From a virus (taxonomy: Duplodnaviria > Caudoviricetes): a stretch of 64,000 bases of DNA. This document shows, piece by piece, positions 36,617-46,166 of the stretch. The notes under the pieces were generated by a model. It was not told the DNA's origin and did not search any database. It saw only the letters and a list, made by a program, of their open reading frames with translations. Positions within the stretch are counted from its first letter, which is position 1; each line of letters begins with the position of its first letter. Location: IMG/VR virus record IMGVR_UViG_3300022074_005559; one strand, given 5' to 3'. The translations under genes were made by a program, and so were the position numbers.

Positions 36617-37506
36617 TAAAGCCACTTTATATATGGGCAGGCGGTAAACGTAAAATGATTCCTCATTATACTAAATCGCCTACCATTCCACTGGACGGTT
36701 ATGACACTTATGTTGAACCGTTCTTTGGTGGTGGTGCTATGATGCTACACATTTATAATAACAATCCCACAGTCAAAAACTTTATTATGAATGACATCAA
36801 TCCAGAGATTGTTGGTATCTATACAGCCATTAAGACAGACGTGACTAACTTTCTTCAGCGCATGGATCAGCTACAAGCACACTACATGCCTTTAAATAAA
36901 GAAGATCGTAAAAAGTACTTTTATGAAATGCGTGAGCAGTATACTACTAACTGGCATGTTTGGTCACCAACTGAAGAAAGCGCAACTCTGTACTTTCTTA
37001 TGAAAACAGCATTTAACGGTATTTGGCAAGTCAATCAAAAAAGCAACGGACGTTTTGCTACTCCAAGTGGACTGTTAAATCAGAAGACAACCGTGTACGA
37101 CAATGAAAATGTTATGGCATGGCACGACTTCTTGCAACGTGTAGACATACGTTGCGGCGACTGGAGCAGTGCAGTACAAGATGTTTCGGGTCGTGCTTTT
37201 TACTTTTTAGATCCCCCCTATCGTGATAGTTTTACTACATACGGACAAAGCAATGCAGATCAAATGCAAGATGATATTATCGCATTTTGCAGAGACAGAG
37301 ATGCGGTTGGAGATATTGCTTGGTTTTGCGGCAGAGATAGCGGAGATGATTTTTACACCAGTAGACAAGGTAACCTAAGACTAGAAACCTACGATATAAA
37401 ATACACTGCTGGCAGACGTAAACGCGAAGATGATGGCGGGCATAGTGCCAAAAAAGCAACAGAAATATTGTTGCACAATACTATCCCTTTAATAGATTTT
37501 GGTTGA
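36613..37506 (+). CDS. D12-class N6-adenine DNA methyltransferase (Dam-like)
   Basis: WAGGK, EPFFGGGA, NDIN, FNG, LDPPY. Confidence 0.9.
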   Translation: MIKPLYIWAGGKRKMIPHYTKSPTIPLDGYDTYVEPFFGGGAMMLHIYNNNPTVKNFIMNDINPEIVGIYTAIKTDVTNFLQRMDQLQAHYMPLNKEDRKKYFYEMREQYTTNWHVWSPTEESATLYFLMKTAFNGIWQVNQKSNGRFATPSGLLNQKTTVYDNENVMAWHDFLQRVDIRCGDWSSAVQDVSGRAFYFLDPPYRDSFTTYGQSNADQMQDDIIAFCRDRDAVGDIAWFCGRDSGDDFYTSRQGNLRLETYDIKYTAGRRKREDDGGHSAKKATEILLHNTIPLIDFG

Positions 37507-37530
37507 CATTTCTCTAATGTGTGCTATATT
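37501..37530 (+). promoter_or_regulatory. GGTTGACA-N16-TATATT promoter
   Basis: TTGACA 37503-37508 (overlapping the MTase stop), 16 nt ending TGC, TATATT, then TATAGTAA. Confidence 0.75.
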
Positions 37531-37556
37531 AGTATAGTAACAGTAAGGAGTAGAAG

Positions 37557-38852
37557 ATGGCTAGAGGCACAGAAAACACAAAGAATATCGACCTCCCTGT
37601 AGGATTCGAAACTGATCCACGTGAGGACTATGAAGCTCGAGAAGCACTGACAACTGCTCGTGTTAAGATGTTGCTCAAGACCAGTTGGTTTGGCACAATG
37701 GCTACACGCCTGCCGCTAGTAAATGCTGATGCGTGGCTTGCTACTGCCGCTACCGATGGCAAGTATTTCTATTACAACTCCAAGTTCATCCTTATGCTCA
37801 AGCCTGGTGAACTTATTTTCCTATTTGGTCACGAAGTGTTACACAATGTCTACGAACACTTGGGGCGTAGTAAAGCACAAAAACACAATCCTATGTTGGC
37901 TAACATTGCCGCTGACTATTGTGTGAACCGTGACTTAAAAGAAAATCGCATTGGTACTTTTATTACTACTGTTCCTGCTCTGTACGATCGCAAGTATGAC
38001 GGCATGAGCATGGAAGAAGTGTATGACAGCCTTTATGAAAACGCTGACAAGATTGACATGGAGCAACTGTTGGACCAGTTGTTAGATGAACACTTGGATG
38101 ATGAAGGTGGCAACAGTTCCGGACAAGGCAACAGTGAGCCGCAAGAAGATGAAAACGGTAACCTTGTTAGTAAGAGCAAGCCAAGTTACACTAAAGAACA
38201 GCGTCAAGAGATTCGTGATCAGATCAAAGAAAGCCTGCTACAAAGTGCCGCTGGTGCTAGTGCTGGTGAGATGCCTGCAGGTGTAAAGCGCATTATAAGT
38301 GACCTTACTGAGCCTAAGATGCCTTGGCAAGAACTGCTTAACATGAGCATCCAAAGCACACTTAAAGGTGACTACAGTTTTATGAGCCGCAGTAAAAAAG
38401 GCTACTTCAGTGAAGTAGCACTGCCTGGCATGTTGCCTGAAAACACCATCGACATTGCACTTGCATTGGATATGAGTGGCAGTATATCAGACACACAAGG
38501 CAAAGAAATGCTGTCAGAAGTGCGTGGTATTATGGAACAGTTTCAGGACTTCCGTGTTAAGGTTTGGTGCTTTGATACAGATGTTTACAACTATAAAGAG
38601 TTTACACCGCAGAACATTGACGAGTTTGACGATTACGAACTTGCTGGCGGCGGCGGTACTGACTTTGATGCTAACTGGAAGTTTATGAAAGACAATGATC
38701 TTCATCCAGAACGCTTTATTATGTTTACGGATGGTTATCCGTGGAACTCGTGGGGTGATCCAGACTACTGCGACACAGTGTTTGTCATACATGGTAGTCA
38801 AGACATTAAACCGCCCTTTGGAAACTATGCCTACTATGATGAGGCTAAATAA
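37557..38852 (+). CDS. metallopeptidase-like + VWA domain protein (MoxR partner)
   Basis: HEVLH (HExxH), acidic linker, MIDAS DMSGS, GGGTDF, FTDG. Confidence 0.85.
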   Translation: MARGTENTKNIDLPVGFETDPREDYEAREALTTARVKMLLKTSWFGTMATRLPLVNADAWLATAATDGKYFYYNSKFILMLKPGELIFLFGHEVLHNVYEHLGRSKAQKHNPMLANIAADYCVNRDLKENRIGTFITTVPALYDRKYDGMSMEEVYDSLYENADKIDMEQLLDQLLDEHLDDEGGNSSGQGNSEPQEDENGNLVSKSKPSYTKEQRQEIRDQIKESLLQSAAGASAGEMPAGVKRIISDLTEPKMPWQELLNMSIQSTLKGDYSFMSRSKKGYFSEVALPGMLPENTIDIALALDMSGSISDTQGKEMLSEVRGIMEQFQDFRVKVWCFDTDVYNYKEFTPQNIDEFDDYELAGGGGTDFDANWKFMKDNDLHPERFIMFTDGYPWNSWGDPDYCDTVFVIHGSQDIKPPFGNYAYYDEAK

Positions 38853-38871
38853 TATAATAAGGAGAAGTGCA

Positions 38872-39237
38872 ATGCTAAGAATACTTACTTTGGCTTGCGC
38901 TATTGCATTTTTACCAGTTAAATCTGTACTAGCACAACAGGCATTCTGGGCTCAAAAGCCTGTTCAGTGCGGACCATTGGAAGGTGCATTGAATATTACA
39001 CTTGAAAAAGGAATGGTTCCTATACTAGCAGGTAAGGGCTGGGCTAATAGTGCTAACTATGAAGACCCTATTCCAGTCAAAGTTGGGCTATACTTAAATC
39101 CAATATCACAAGAGTTTGCAGTCCTAGAGATAGACGTAGACATGGAAGAAGCATGCATTGTTGCATATGGCGAAGGTATTGAAGCATCAGCCGAAGGTAT
39201 CAATAACTTTTTATACAGTAACTCAAACCCGAGCTAA
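38872..39237 (+). CDS. secreted hypothetical protein
   Basis: Signal-peptide-like N-terminus, KPVQCG...ACIVAYG; preceded by CTAAATA (38845) and SD AAGGAG. Confidence 0.65.
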   Translation: MLRILTLACAIAFLPVKSVLAQQAFWAQKPVQCGPLEGALNITLEKGMVPILAGKGWANSANYEDPIPVKVGLYLNPISQEFAVLEIDVDMEEACIVAYGEGIEASAEGINNFLYSNSNPS

Positions 39238-39266
39238 ATAGTTATAATAGCATATAATGATTTTGC

Positions 39267-39296
39267 TTGACATAACCCACTTCATGAACATATAAT
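39267..39296 (+). promoter_or_regulatory. sigma70-type promoter (18-nt spacer)
   Basis: TTGACA 39267-39272, 18 nt, TATAAT 39291-39296; CTAAATA at 39234. Confidence 0.55.
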
Positions 39297-39334
39297 AAAC
39301 AGAATAGATATATCTAATACACAAGGAGATTCGA

Positions 39335-39583
39335 ATGTCTGAAGAAACTACTCAGGCAGTGGAAGAAACTGCCGAAACAGTAGAAGCCCCTCAACTAGGT
39401 ATTGCTGACCTTAAACTTATGGCAAATATTATCGATGTTGTAAGTAATCGAGGCGCAATCAAAGCCAACGAAATGCAAGCGGTTGGTGGACTGTACAACA
39501 ACCTAATGACGTTCCTAGTTGCCAATGGCGCTATTGAACTACCTCAACCTGAGGCAGAAGAACAAGGAGAAAGCAATGATTAA
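39335..39583 (+). CDS. conserved hypothetical phage protein
   Basis: IIDVVSNRGAIKANEM..VGGLYN motif; SD AAGGAG. Confidence 0.75.
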   Translation: MSEETTQAVEETAETVEAPQLGIADLKLMANIIDVVSNRGAIKANEMQAVGGLYNNLMTFLVANGAIELPQPEAEEQGESND

Positions 39584-40214
39584 ACATGTAGGCAGACACG
39601 GCGAGAAACGTGTTGCAGTAATATTTCGTGAGGTACCTGGCGAAGAACACATGGCATTGGTCACATACCCAGACCAACTAAAACAAAATCTGCATGATGA
39701 TCTAATGAATGCTATCCAAAGCAACAAAGGGCAAGAAGCAAATCACCTAGGCGAAGCACTGCATGGTATGACAGGCACAGACGGTCAAACATTGTTGAAC
39801 CTGCTGCACAAAGAAGGCTTTATGAAAAAAGTACGCACACAAGACGTAATCATGATGCCTCGTCCTAATACACCAGGCGCACGGTTAGATGAGATCAACG
39901 AAATCATCCGCGGGCTTGAAACTGGCAGTGATGCTGCACAGAAGATGGCAAAACTTGATGCTGAAAGTGGTATGGCTGATCCTGCTAAGAGAGCCAAAGG
40001 CATTGAAGCGGCTGCTAAAGTTGCTGGTGTACAAGCAGGTGTACTAGGTGATGCTGACATTGCACAAAACTTAGTAACACAAGCAGAGCAAATGAAAGCG
40101 CAAATGGCTACACTACAGGCTGAAGCAGAACGTCTCATGGAAGAAGCTGCTAGTTTAGATCCTAGTTTAGCACCAAAAAAGAAACGCGGACGTCCAGCAA
40201 AGGCTAAAGCATAA
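39576..40214 (+). CDS. conserved hypothetical phage protein
   Basis: MIKHVG start, Ala-rich coiled C-terminus ending in AT-hook-like KKKRGRPAK. Confidence 0.75.
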   Translation: MIKHVGRHGEKRVAVIFREVPGEEHMALVTYPDQLKQNLHDDLMNAIQSNKGQEANHLGEALHGMTGTDGQTLLNLLHKEGFMKKVRTQDVIMMPRPNTPGARLDEINEIIRGLETGSDAAQKMAKLDAESGMADPAKRAKGIEAAAKVAGVQAGVLGDADIAQNLVTQAEQMKAQMATLQAEAERLMEEAASLDPSLAPKKKRGRPAKAKA

Positions 40215-40874
40215 ATGAAGTGTAAACTTATCAGTTACAGCCAACCTGCTGAGGATTTTGTAGCAGAGGGTATCGACAATGTGCAAGAACTTATTGCATA
40301 CTGTGCTCGTGTAAGTAATCCTAGCAATCAGATGAATACCGAAACAAGTGAAAAACTTATTAGGTATTTGGTTAAGCATGCGCACTGGTCACCGTTAGAA
40401 ATGGTCAGTGCTTGTCTTGAGATTGAAACTACTCGTGATATTGCACATCAGATTGTACGTCATCGTAGTTTCAGTTTTCAAGAGTTTAGCCAGCGTTATG
40501 CAAACCCTGTAGAGGACTTAGCGTTTGTTACTCGAGAAGCTCGTTTGCAAGACATGTCTAATAGACAAAACAGTATTGAAACAGATGATGATGAACTTGC
40601 TAAAGAATGGGCTATTCAACAAGACAAAGTTGTGCTACAGGCAGCAAAAGCATATGAATGGGCAACCAAAAACGGCATTGCTAAAGAACAAGCTCGTGTT
40701 GTTCTCCCAGAGGGACTTACTAAAACCCGTTTGTATATGAACGGTACACTTCGCAGTTGGGTACACTATATTGAACTGCGCGGTGCAAACGGAACACAAA
40801 AAGAGCATATGGAAATCGCTAAGGCGTGTGCCGAAGTTATTTCGACAATCTTTCCACTTGCTAAAACTCTCTAA
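40215..40874 (+). CDS. thyX: flavin-dependent thymidylate synthase
   Basis: ARVS, HWSPLE, RHRSFSFQEFSQRY, ARVVLP, NGTLRSW, TQKEH. Confidence 0.95.
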   Translation: MKCKLISYSQPAEDFVAEGIDNVQELIAYCARVSNPSNQMNTETSEKLIRYLVKHAHWSPLEMVSACLEIETTRDIAHQIVRHRSFSFQEFSQRYANPVEDLAFVTREARLQDMSNRQNSIETDDDELAKEWAIQQDKVVLQAAKAYEWATKNGIAKEQARVVLPEGLTKTRLYMNGTLRSWVHYIELRGANGTQKEHMEIAKACAEVISTIFPLAKTL

Positions 40875-40885
40875 AGGAGATTCCC

Positions 40886-41107
40886 ATGGGAGCAAAGCAT
40901 CCAATGGCTGTGGTAGCACAGCTCAATGCAAATAAAAACGAGTTCATTTTAGCGGCAAAACATTTGGTTCGGACTGGTGTAGTAAAATCAGCTGGAGATG
41001 CTATTAGGTACATGGAAGAAAACAATAGCAATGTAGATGATATCATAGAAGATATGATAAATGGATCATTGCAAAAACACAGTGTACAAGAAACAGAAGA
41101 TGAATAA
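40886..41107 (+). CDS. hypothetical protein
   Basis: 73 aa, SD AAGGAG. Confidence 0.6.
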   Translation: MGAKHPMAVVAQLNANKNEFILAAKHLVRTGVVKSAGDAIRYMEENNSNVDDIIEDMINGSLQKHSVQETEDE

Positions 41108-42032
41108 TGTTTTAATCATTGGTGGATTAGGTTTTATCGGACATCACCTTGTAGGACAACTACAAGGTGATTTTCACGTTACAGTGGTGGATAGTCGTGC
41201 TAGTTACACTCCTTCGCAACTGTATACAGCCCGCAGAAATACAATCAAAACTATTGATGTACACAGCATGAACATTACAGATGTTGTAAGCACCGACTTC
41301 GAACAAGACTTTACAACAGTGGTGCACCTAGGCAGTTACCCAAACATTAAAGAGATCGAACGTAATCCTGCACTAGGCATCAGCAGTCTTACACATGGTG
41401 TATTTCACAGTATTGAACTAGCAAAGAAACTAGGCGCACAACGTTTTATTTACAGTTCAAGCAGCATGGTGTACGGAGACTTTACACAGAATCCTTGCCC
41501 AGAAACACACAGTAGAAATGCTAAAAGCATTTATGGTATTTACAAAAAAGCCGCGGAAGATTTGATAATCAGTCGTTGCGAAATGCTTGAAATGGATTAC
41601 ACTATTATACGTCCTATTGCAGTTTACGGTCCACGGGACAACGACAATCGTGTTATTAGCAAGTTCTTTAAACTTGCTAGAATGGGAGCAGAACTACCTG
41701 TGCGTGGTGATACTGCACTAGATGCTACTTATGTTATGGACACTGTACAAGGCTTTGAATGTGCAGTGCGTAGCAAAAACACAAACTTGATTGCAAACAT
41801 CAGCAGTGGCAAGAGTGTAACACTGCACAAAGTTGCAGAACATATTATTGATATAGTAGGCAGTGGAAGCATACAACAACTACCAAAAGATCCTATCTAT
41901 CCAAACAGAGGTGCGCTGGATATTACCACAGCAGAAACACTGTTAGATTACAAACCTCAGTACGACATCAAAAAAGGACTTAAAGCATATGATACCTTTT
42001 ACAGATCTACAGAGTCAGTATCAGGAATGTAA
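41100..42032 (+). CDS. NAD-dependent epimerase/dehydratase (SDR)
   Basis: GGLGFIG, SSSSMVYG, YGIYK (YxxxK), VYGP. Confidence 0.9.
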   Translation: MNNVLIIGGLGFIGHHLVGQLQGDFHVTVVDSRASYTPSQLYTARRNTIKTIDVHSMNITDVVSTDFEQDFTTVVHLGSYPNIKEIERNPALGISSLTHGVFHSIELAKKLGAQRFIYSSSSMVYGDFTQNPCPETHSRNAKSIYGIYKKAAEDLIISRCEMLEMDYTIIRPIAVYGPRDNDNRVISKFFKLARMGAELPVRGDTALDATYVMDTVQGFECAVRSKNTNLIANISSGKSVTLHKVAEHIIDIVGSGSIQQLPKDPIYPNRGALDITTAETLLDYKPQYDIKKGLKAYDTFYRSTESVSGM

Positions 42033-43068
42033 ACGTGAGATTGATGCGGCAATAGAACATTGTTTACGCAACAACAGTTTCATTACAGGCAAAGACACAC
42101 AAAGATTTGAAGAAGAAATAAAAGCATACACAGGTGCAGAAGCCTGTGCGGCATGCGGTAGCGGCACCACTGCACTACAGATTGCATTAAAAGCCTGTGG
42201 TATCGGAGCAGGCGATGAAGTTATTACTGTAAGTCATACGTTTGTAAGCACGCCGGAAGCAGTGTGTACAGTGGGCGCAACACCTGTATTTTGTGACGTC
42301 GATCCAGTAAATGCATGTATAGATATATCACTAGTAGAGACGCTCATAACAGATCGTACACGGGCAATACTATGGGTGGACTTATATGGGCAAACCCCCG
42401 ATGTAGATGCGCTGTTAGAACTTTGTCGCAAGCACGATCTCTATGCTATCGAAGATGCCGCACAGAGTTTTGGCTACCAATACAAAGGTCGTAGAGTAGG
42501 TAGCCTTGCTGACCTAACTTGTATTAGTTTTAATCCTGTTAAGAACTTAGGTGCTATCGGCGATGCAGGCTGCGTAACTGGTCGCAAAGACCTAGTTGAC
42601 CTTGCAAGAATGTATAGTAACCATGGACGTAACACAAAATATGTGTACGAACATTTAGGATACAATGCTCGTATTGATAATATTCAAGCACGGGTAGTAC
42701 AAGCAAAACTTCCTTATCTACAAGCCTGGCTTGACCGAAAACGTGAGATTGCACAGTACTATACAAAAGAACTAACTGGCTTGTATAACACACCAGTAGA
42801 AGAAGATTGGGGCAATCACAGTTACTATGTTTATGTGTTAGAGCATCCAGAACGAAATCAGATTAGGAAACAACTGTTAGAAGCAGGTATCCAAACAAAT
42901 GTTCATTATGAAAATCCTGCGCATTCCACACCTGCTTTTGAAAAATGGTATCGTAGTTTGCCTGTAACAGAACTCAAAAGTAAAGTTATCTTTAGTATTC
43001 CTGTTTTTCCTCATCTCAAGGACGAGCAAGTAGAGTACATTGCTCGAGAGGTAAAAAGACTAGCATGA
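41989..43068 (+). CDS. DegT/DnrJ/EryC1/StrS sugar aminotransferase
   Basis: MIPFTDL, SGTTAL, IEDAAQ, SFNPVKNLGAIGDAG, GYNARID. Confidence 0.93.
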   Translation: MIPFTDLQSQYQECKREIDAAIEHCLRNNSFITGKDTQRFEEEIKAYTGAEACAACGSGTTALQIALKACGIGAGDEVITVSHTFVSTPEAVCTVGATPVFCDVDPVNACIDISLVETLITDRTRAILWVDLYGQTPDVDALLELCRKHDLYAIEDAAQSFGYQYKGRRVGSLADLTCISFNPVKNLGAIGDAGCVTGRKDLVDLARMYSNHGRNTKYVYEHLGYNARIDNIQARVVQAKLPYLQAWLDRKREIAQYYTKELTGLYNTPVEEDWGNHSYYVYVLEHPERNQIRKQLLEAGIQTNVHYENPAHSTPAFEKWYRSLPVTELKSKVIFSIPVFPHLKDEQVEYIAREVKRLA

Positions 43069-43958
43069 AGTTTTGGTTAGTAGGTGCTGGCTATTGGGGC
43101 AGTAAAGTCAAAGAAACATTGGAAAACATTAATGGCGTAACAGAAGTTGCAGTCATTGATGTTAAGAATGGTCAGACCATTGACGACATTGACACTGTAG
43201 ATCCTGTTATTCTAGCAACGCCACTTTGGCAACACTATGAACAAGCGAAGATATTGCTACAACGTGGACATGATGTTTATGTAGAGAAGCCAATGGCTGA
43301 AACATTGGAGCAGTGCAGAGAACTTAAGAGCTTACTTGTAGGCGATCAAGTGTTAATGGTTGGTCATATCTTTTTATACAATCCACTTTGCACCATGCTG
43401 AAAGAGTTTATTGAATGGGGCAGACTAGGAGACACTATTCACGTTGAAAGCCGTAGACTTAACTGGGGTATTAGACAAACACAAACAACTCCTTTGCTTA
43501 GTCTTGCACCACATGATGTTAGCATTATTAACTATCTAACAGAGCGTGTAGCACAGCCTACATGGGCAAGCAGTCAAAACCTTAGCTACAATAGTGTACC
43601 AGACATGATAGAGTTTGGCGGCTATAACTTTAACTGTAAAGTAAGTTGGTGGTGGCCCAAACGTGAACGCATTGTTACGGTTGTAGGCGATCGAGCTCAA
43701 GCAGTATGGGACGAAGATGCAAAAACACTAACTGTATACAATGGTCAAATGGAAGAAAAGTATCCTGTTAGAGAACTTAAAGGTACTGTGTATGGTGGGG
43801 ATGATTTAGTGTCTCACAAGTCACCGCTTGAAATAGAACTCGATCATTTTAGTGCTTGTTGTTTGCGCAGGCATCAACCTACCACAGGCATTGATAATGC
43901 TATTGAAGTTGCAACTGTGCTTGATCAGGTTGACAAACTTCTTCAAAATAACTCTTAA
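43065..43958 (+). CDS. Gfo/Idh/MocA family oxidoreductase
   Basis: GAGYWG, ATP..H, VEKPMA, VGHIF, LAPHDVS. Confidence 0.9.
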   Translation: MKFWLVGAGYWGSKVKETLENINGVTEVAVIDVKNGQTIDDIDTVDPVILATPLWQHYEQAKILLQRGHDVYVEKPMAETLEQCRELKSLLVGDQVLMVGHIFLYNPLCTMLKEFIEWGRLGDTIHVESRRLNWGIRQTQTTPLLSLAPHDVSIINYLTERVAQPTWASSQNLSYNSVPDMIEFGGYNFNCKVSWWWPKRERIVTVVGDRAQAVWDEDAKTLTVYNGQMEEKYPVRELKGTVYGGDDLVSHKSPLEIELDHFSACCLRRHQPTTGIDNAIEVATVLDQVDKLLQNNS

Positions 43959-45165
43959 GCCAATCCCACCTAAATGTTTTCTTTAGCTCAACGACGTTGT
44001 CTTTGTGCTGATTGTAAAACTCTACACCATGACGAGCGCCAGCAGTGCAATACTGTGCATAGTCGCCTTCTGCATGTTCACACCAAACTTTAAGTCTGTA
44101 GCGTGTTTCAATAGTGGGGGCTTCATCCATTTGCTGTGCTAGTTTGATTGTTTCTCTAAATGCAGCACGCCATGTTTCAAACGGACTTGTGTTGAACACA
44201 CCATAGCAACTTGTTTCAGGCACAACATCATGTCTGTGACTCATTGTGTAGTCTAGTCCTAGTTTCTCATAATCGTGACTGTCTAAGACCATTTGACGAT
44301 GGTAAAGTATAACGCCCATGTGTCCATACTCTAATCCATTCACTAGATTCTTACAGTTAAAGATATAGTGCTTGTCGCCCTGCAATCTATCTGGCAAGTA
44401 ACTAAAATCAAAGTCCTCGTGTAAACGTGTTTTGGCAAACACTGCAAAGAACCAATCTGTTTCGCTCATCACTGCCGCTTGATAAAGTGCATTTTCCATG
44501 CCTTCTACACCATGTAATCTCTTGGTGCGCGGATGCTTTTCTTTCAGTATATCATAGTTTAAATCGGCGTTTTTTTCGTCATAACTAATGAACACTACAT
44601 CTTGTGGTTTTTCATCCACATTCCAGTCGATATGACGCAATATGTATGGGTAGTCGTAGTGCTGAGTGCGAAAATGCGTTTTACAGTCGCGTGGCACCAA
44701 GAGTACACTACCGTTTGTACCAAAGGCATGTAAAATACGTTTTTCCCAAAGATTAGGATAGAACTCAAAACGTGCATCACTGTAATGATGCCAATCATAC
44801 ATGTTACCTAATGTAGTACGAGGTACACCGTCGCTGTGCCAGTTAATGTGTTCATACCAGCCCAATACCTTAAGGCCCTCTGCTTGACGCTTAAAAGCGT
44901 GTACAGGTACCAGAAAAGTATCGCCGTATTGTTGATCACCGCTTGCCCAGCAATGTATTTGATCCGCTTCCCAAGGTACAGGTTGCCAAGCAAAGTCAAA
45001 GTCTGTATAGTCACACAAGTCACTCACAATCCAAACATATTCTGTTGTAGCACGTTCTACAATACGTTTGATAGTTGCTAGATGCGTATTGTTATAGCGT
45101 GTGTATTTTGTGTGCGCAGGCAGGTCAGTTTTGCCACCCATTTGCATACAGTAAATGTCAAACAT
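43900..45165 (-). CDS. glycosyltransferase-like (GT-A-like) phage protein with duplicated domain
   Basis: DVVFISYDE...GVEG...FDF, LEYG..G, WRAAFRE; paralogue of 63008-63919; start MFDIYC at 45165. Confidence 0.55.
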   Translation of the reverse strand: MFDIYCMQMGGKTDLPAHTKYTRYNNTHLATIKRIVERATTEYVWIVSDLCDYTDFDFAWQPVPWEADQIHCWASGDQQYGDTFLVPVHAFKRQAEGLKVLGWYEHINWHSDGVPRTTLGNMYDWHHYSDARFEFYPNLWEKRILHAFGTNGSVLLVPRDCKTHFRTQHYDYPYILRHIDWNVDEKPQDVVFISYDEKNADLNYDILKEKHPRTKRLHGVEGMENALYQAAVMSETDWFFAVFAKTRLHEDFDFSYLPDRLQGDKHYIFNCKNLVNGLEYGHMGVILYHRQMVLDSHDYEKLGLDYTMSHRHDVVPETSCYGVFNTSPFETWRAAFRETIKLAQQMDEAPTIETRYRLKVWCEHAEGDYAQYCTAGARHGVEFYNQHKDNVVELKKTFRWDWLKSYFEEVCQPDQAQLQLQ

Positions 45166-46166
45166 TAGAATCCTCTGATAAGTTCTACGTCTATGTCTTG
45201 GTCTATTGCACTTAATATTTGATTGCATCTTGCGTGTAGTTCTACAAAATGTTGTCTATTTTTGTAGGCTCTTTTCATAACATCAGGTAATACTTTTGTA
45301 GTTGCGAGTCGCTTTATTTCTTTACAAAAAAGTTCTTGTCTTACATGACTTTCGTGTTGCAAATCATATGTAAAATCTACAATATCTCTGTAAATGTCAA
45401 ACCCAAGACTTTCCAAATAATGCATCATTCCTTGTTGTCCTAAACTCACAACAATCTTTCCCCAGAGAAATCCTTTATATCCTTTTTCACTTAGCCAAGG
45501 ATATTTTTCTCCTTGAAATGTTTCTGCATTAAAATCGAATAAAAAGTCTTGCTGTGGAAAATACCACTGCGCACTTCTTGGAGGATGATTATAGTCGTCG
45601 TTGTATTCAGGATCGTCAAAGTTTCTAAAAGTTTCACTGCCAATAGTAATCTGTGAGTGAATAGTTCCATCATCTTGCCTGTCTCTGAAACTGACGTATC
45701 CTAGGTGTACAAGATTTTCTTTCACCAAAAAATCATATATTGCAACTCTTTCTGGTGTGTTTCTATTACTTAGGTAGCAATAGGATTTATTTGGCTCGGT
45801 TATATCGGGTAGGTTATAGAGATCTAAATGTAATCCAACTTGTCCTAATGCTATCAAAGGCACACAACAATAGGTAAAGTTGTCATACTTTTGCAAAGCA
45901 ACAAACTCTTTGTCTGGTCTTCTTGCGCAGTAAAAATAAACCAGTTCTGTACATAAATTGTTATTATCTCTTTTATCTAGTAGGTTTTGTATGTGATTTG
46001 CCAGAGATTCGCTAGGAAATAAATCCAGTGCATGATGCACAAACATATGCACATTGCCTCGTTGTTTATAACAAACGCTGATGTTATTTTGTAGATCTAA
46101 AAGTCTAAATCCAGCATCATATAAAGGCGTAGGAATAGCACTTAAATGATAAGGATCTAACTGCAT
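45165..46166 (-). CDS. exostosin/GT10-like glycosyltransferase-like protein
   Basis: AET...LSEK.YK...G....LESLGFD...D.TYD family motif. Confidence 0.45.
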   Translation of the reverse strand: MQLDPYHLSAIPTPLYDAGFRLLDLQNNISVCYKQRGNVHMFVHHALDLFPSESLANHIQNLLDKRDNNNLCTELVYFYCARRPDKEFVALQKYDNFTYCCVPLIALGQVGLHLDLYNLPDITEPNKSYCYLSNRNTPERVAIYDFLVKENLVHLGYVSFRDRQDDGTIHSQITIGSETFRNFDDPEYNDDYNHPPRSAQWYFPQQDFLFDFNAETFQGEKYPWLSEKGYKGFLWGKIVVSLGQQGMMHYLESLGFDIYRDIVDFTYDLQHESHVRQELFCKEIKRLATTKVLPDVMKRAYKNRQHFVELHARCNQILSAIDQDIDVELIRGF

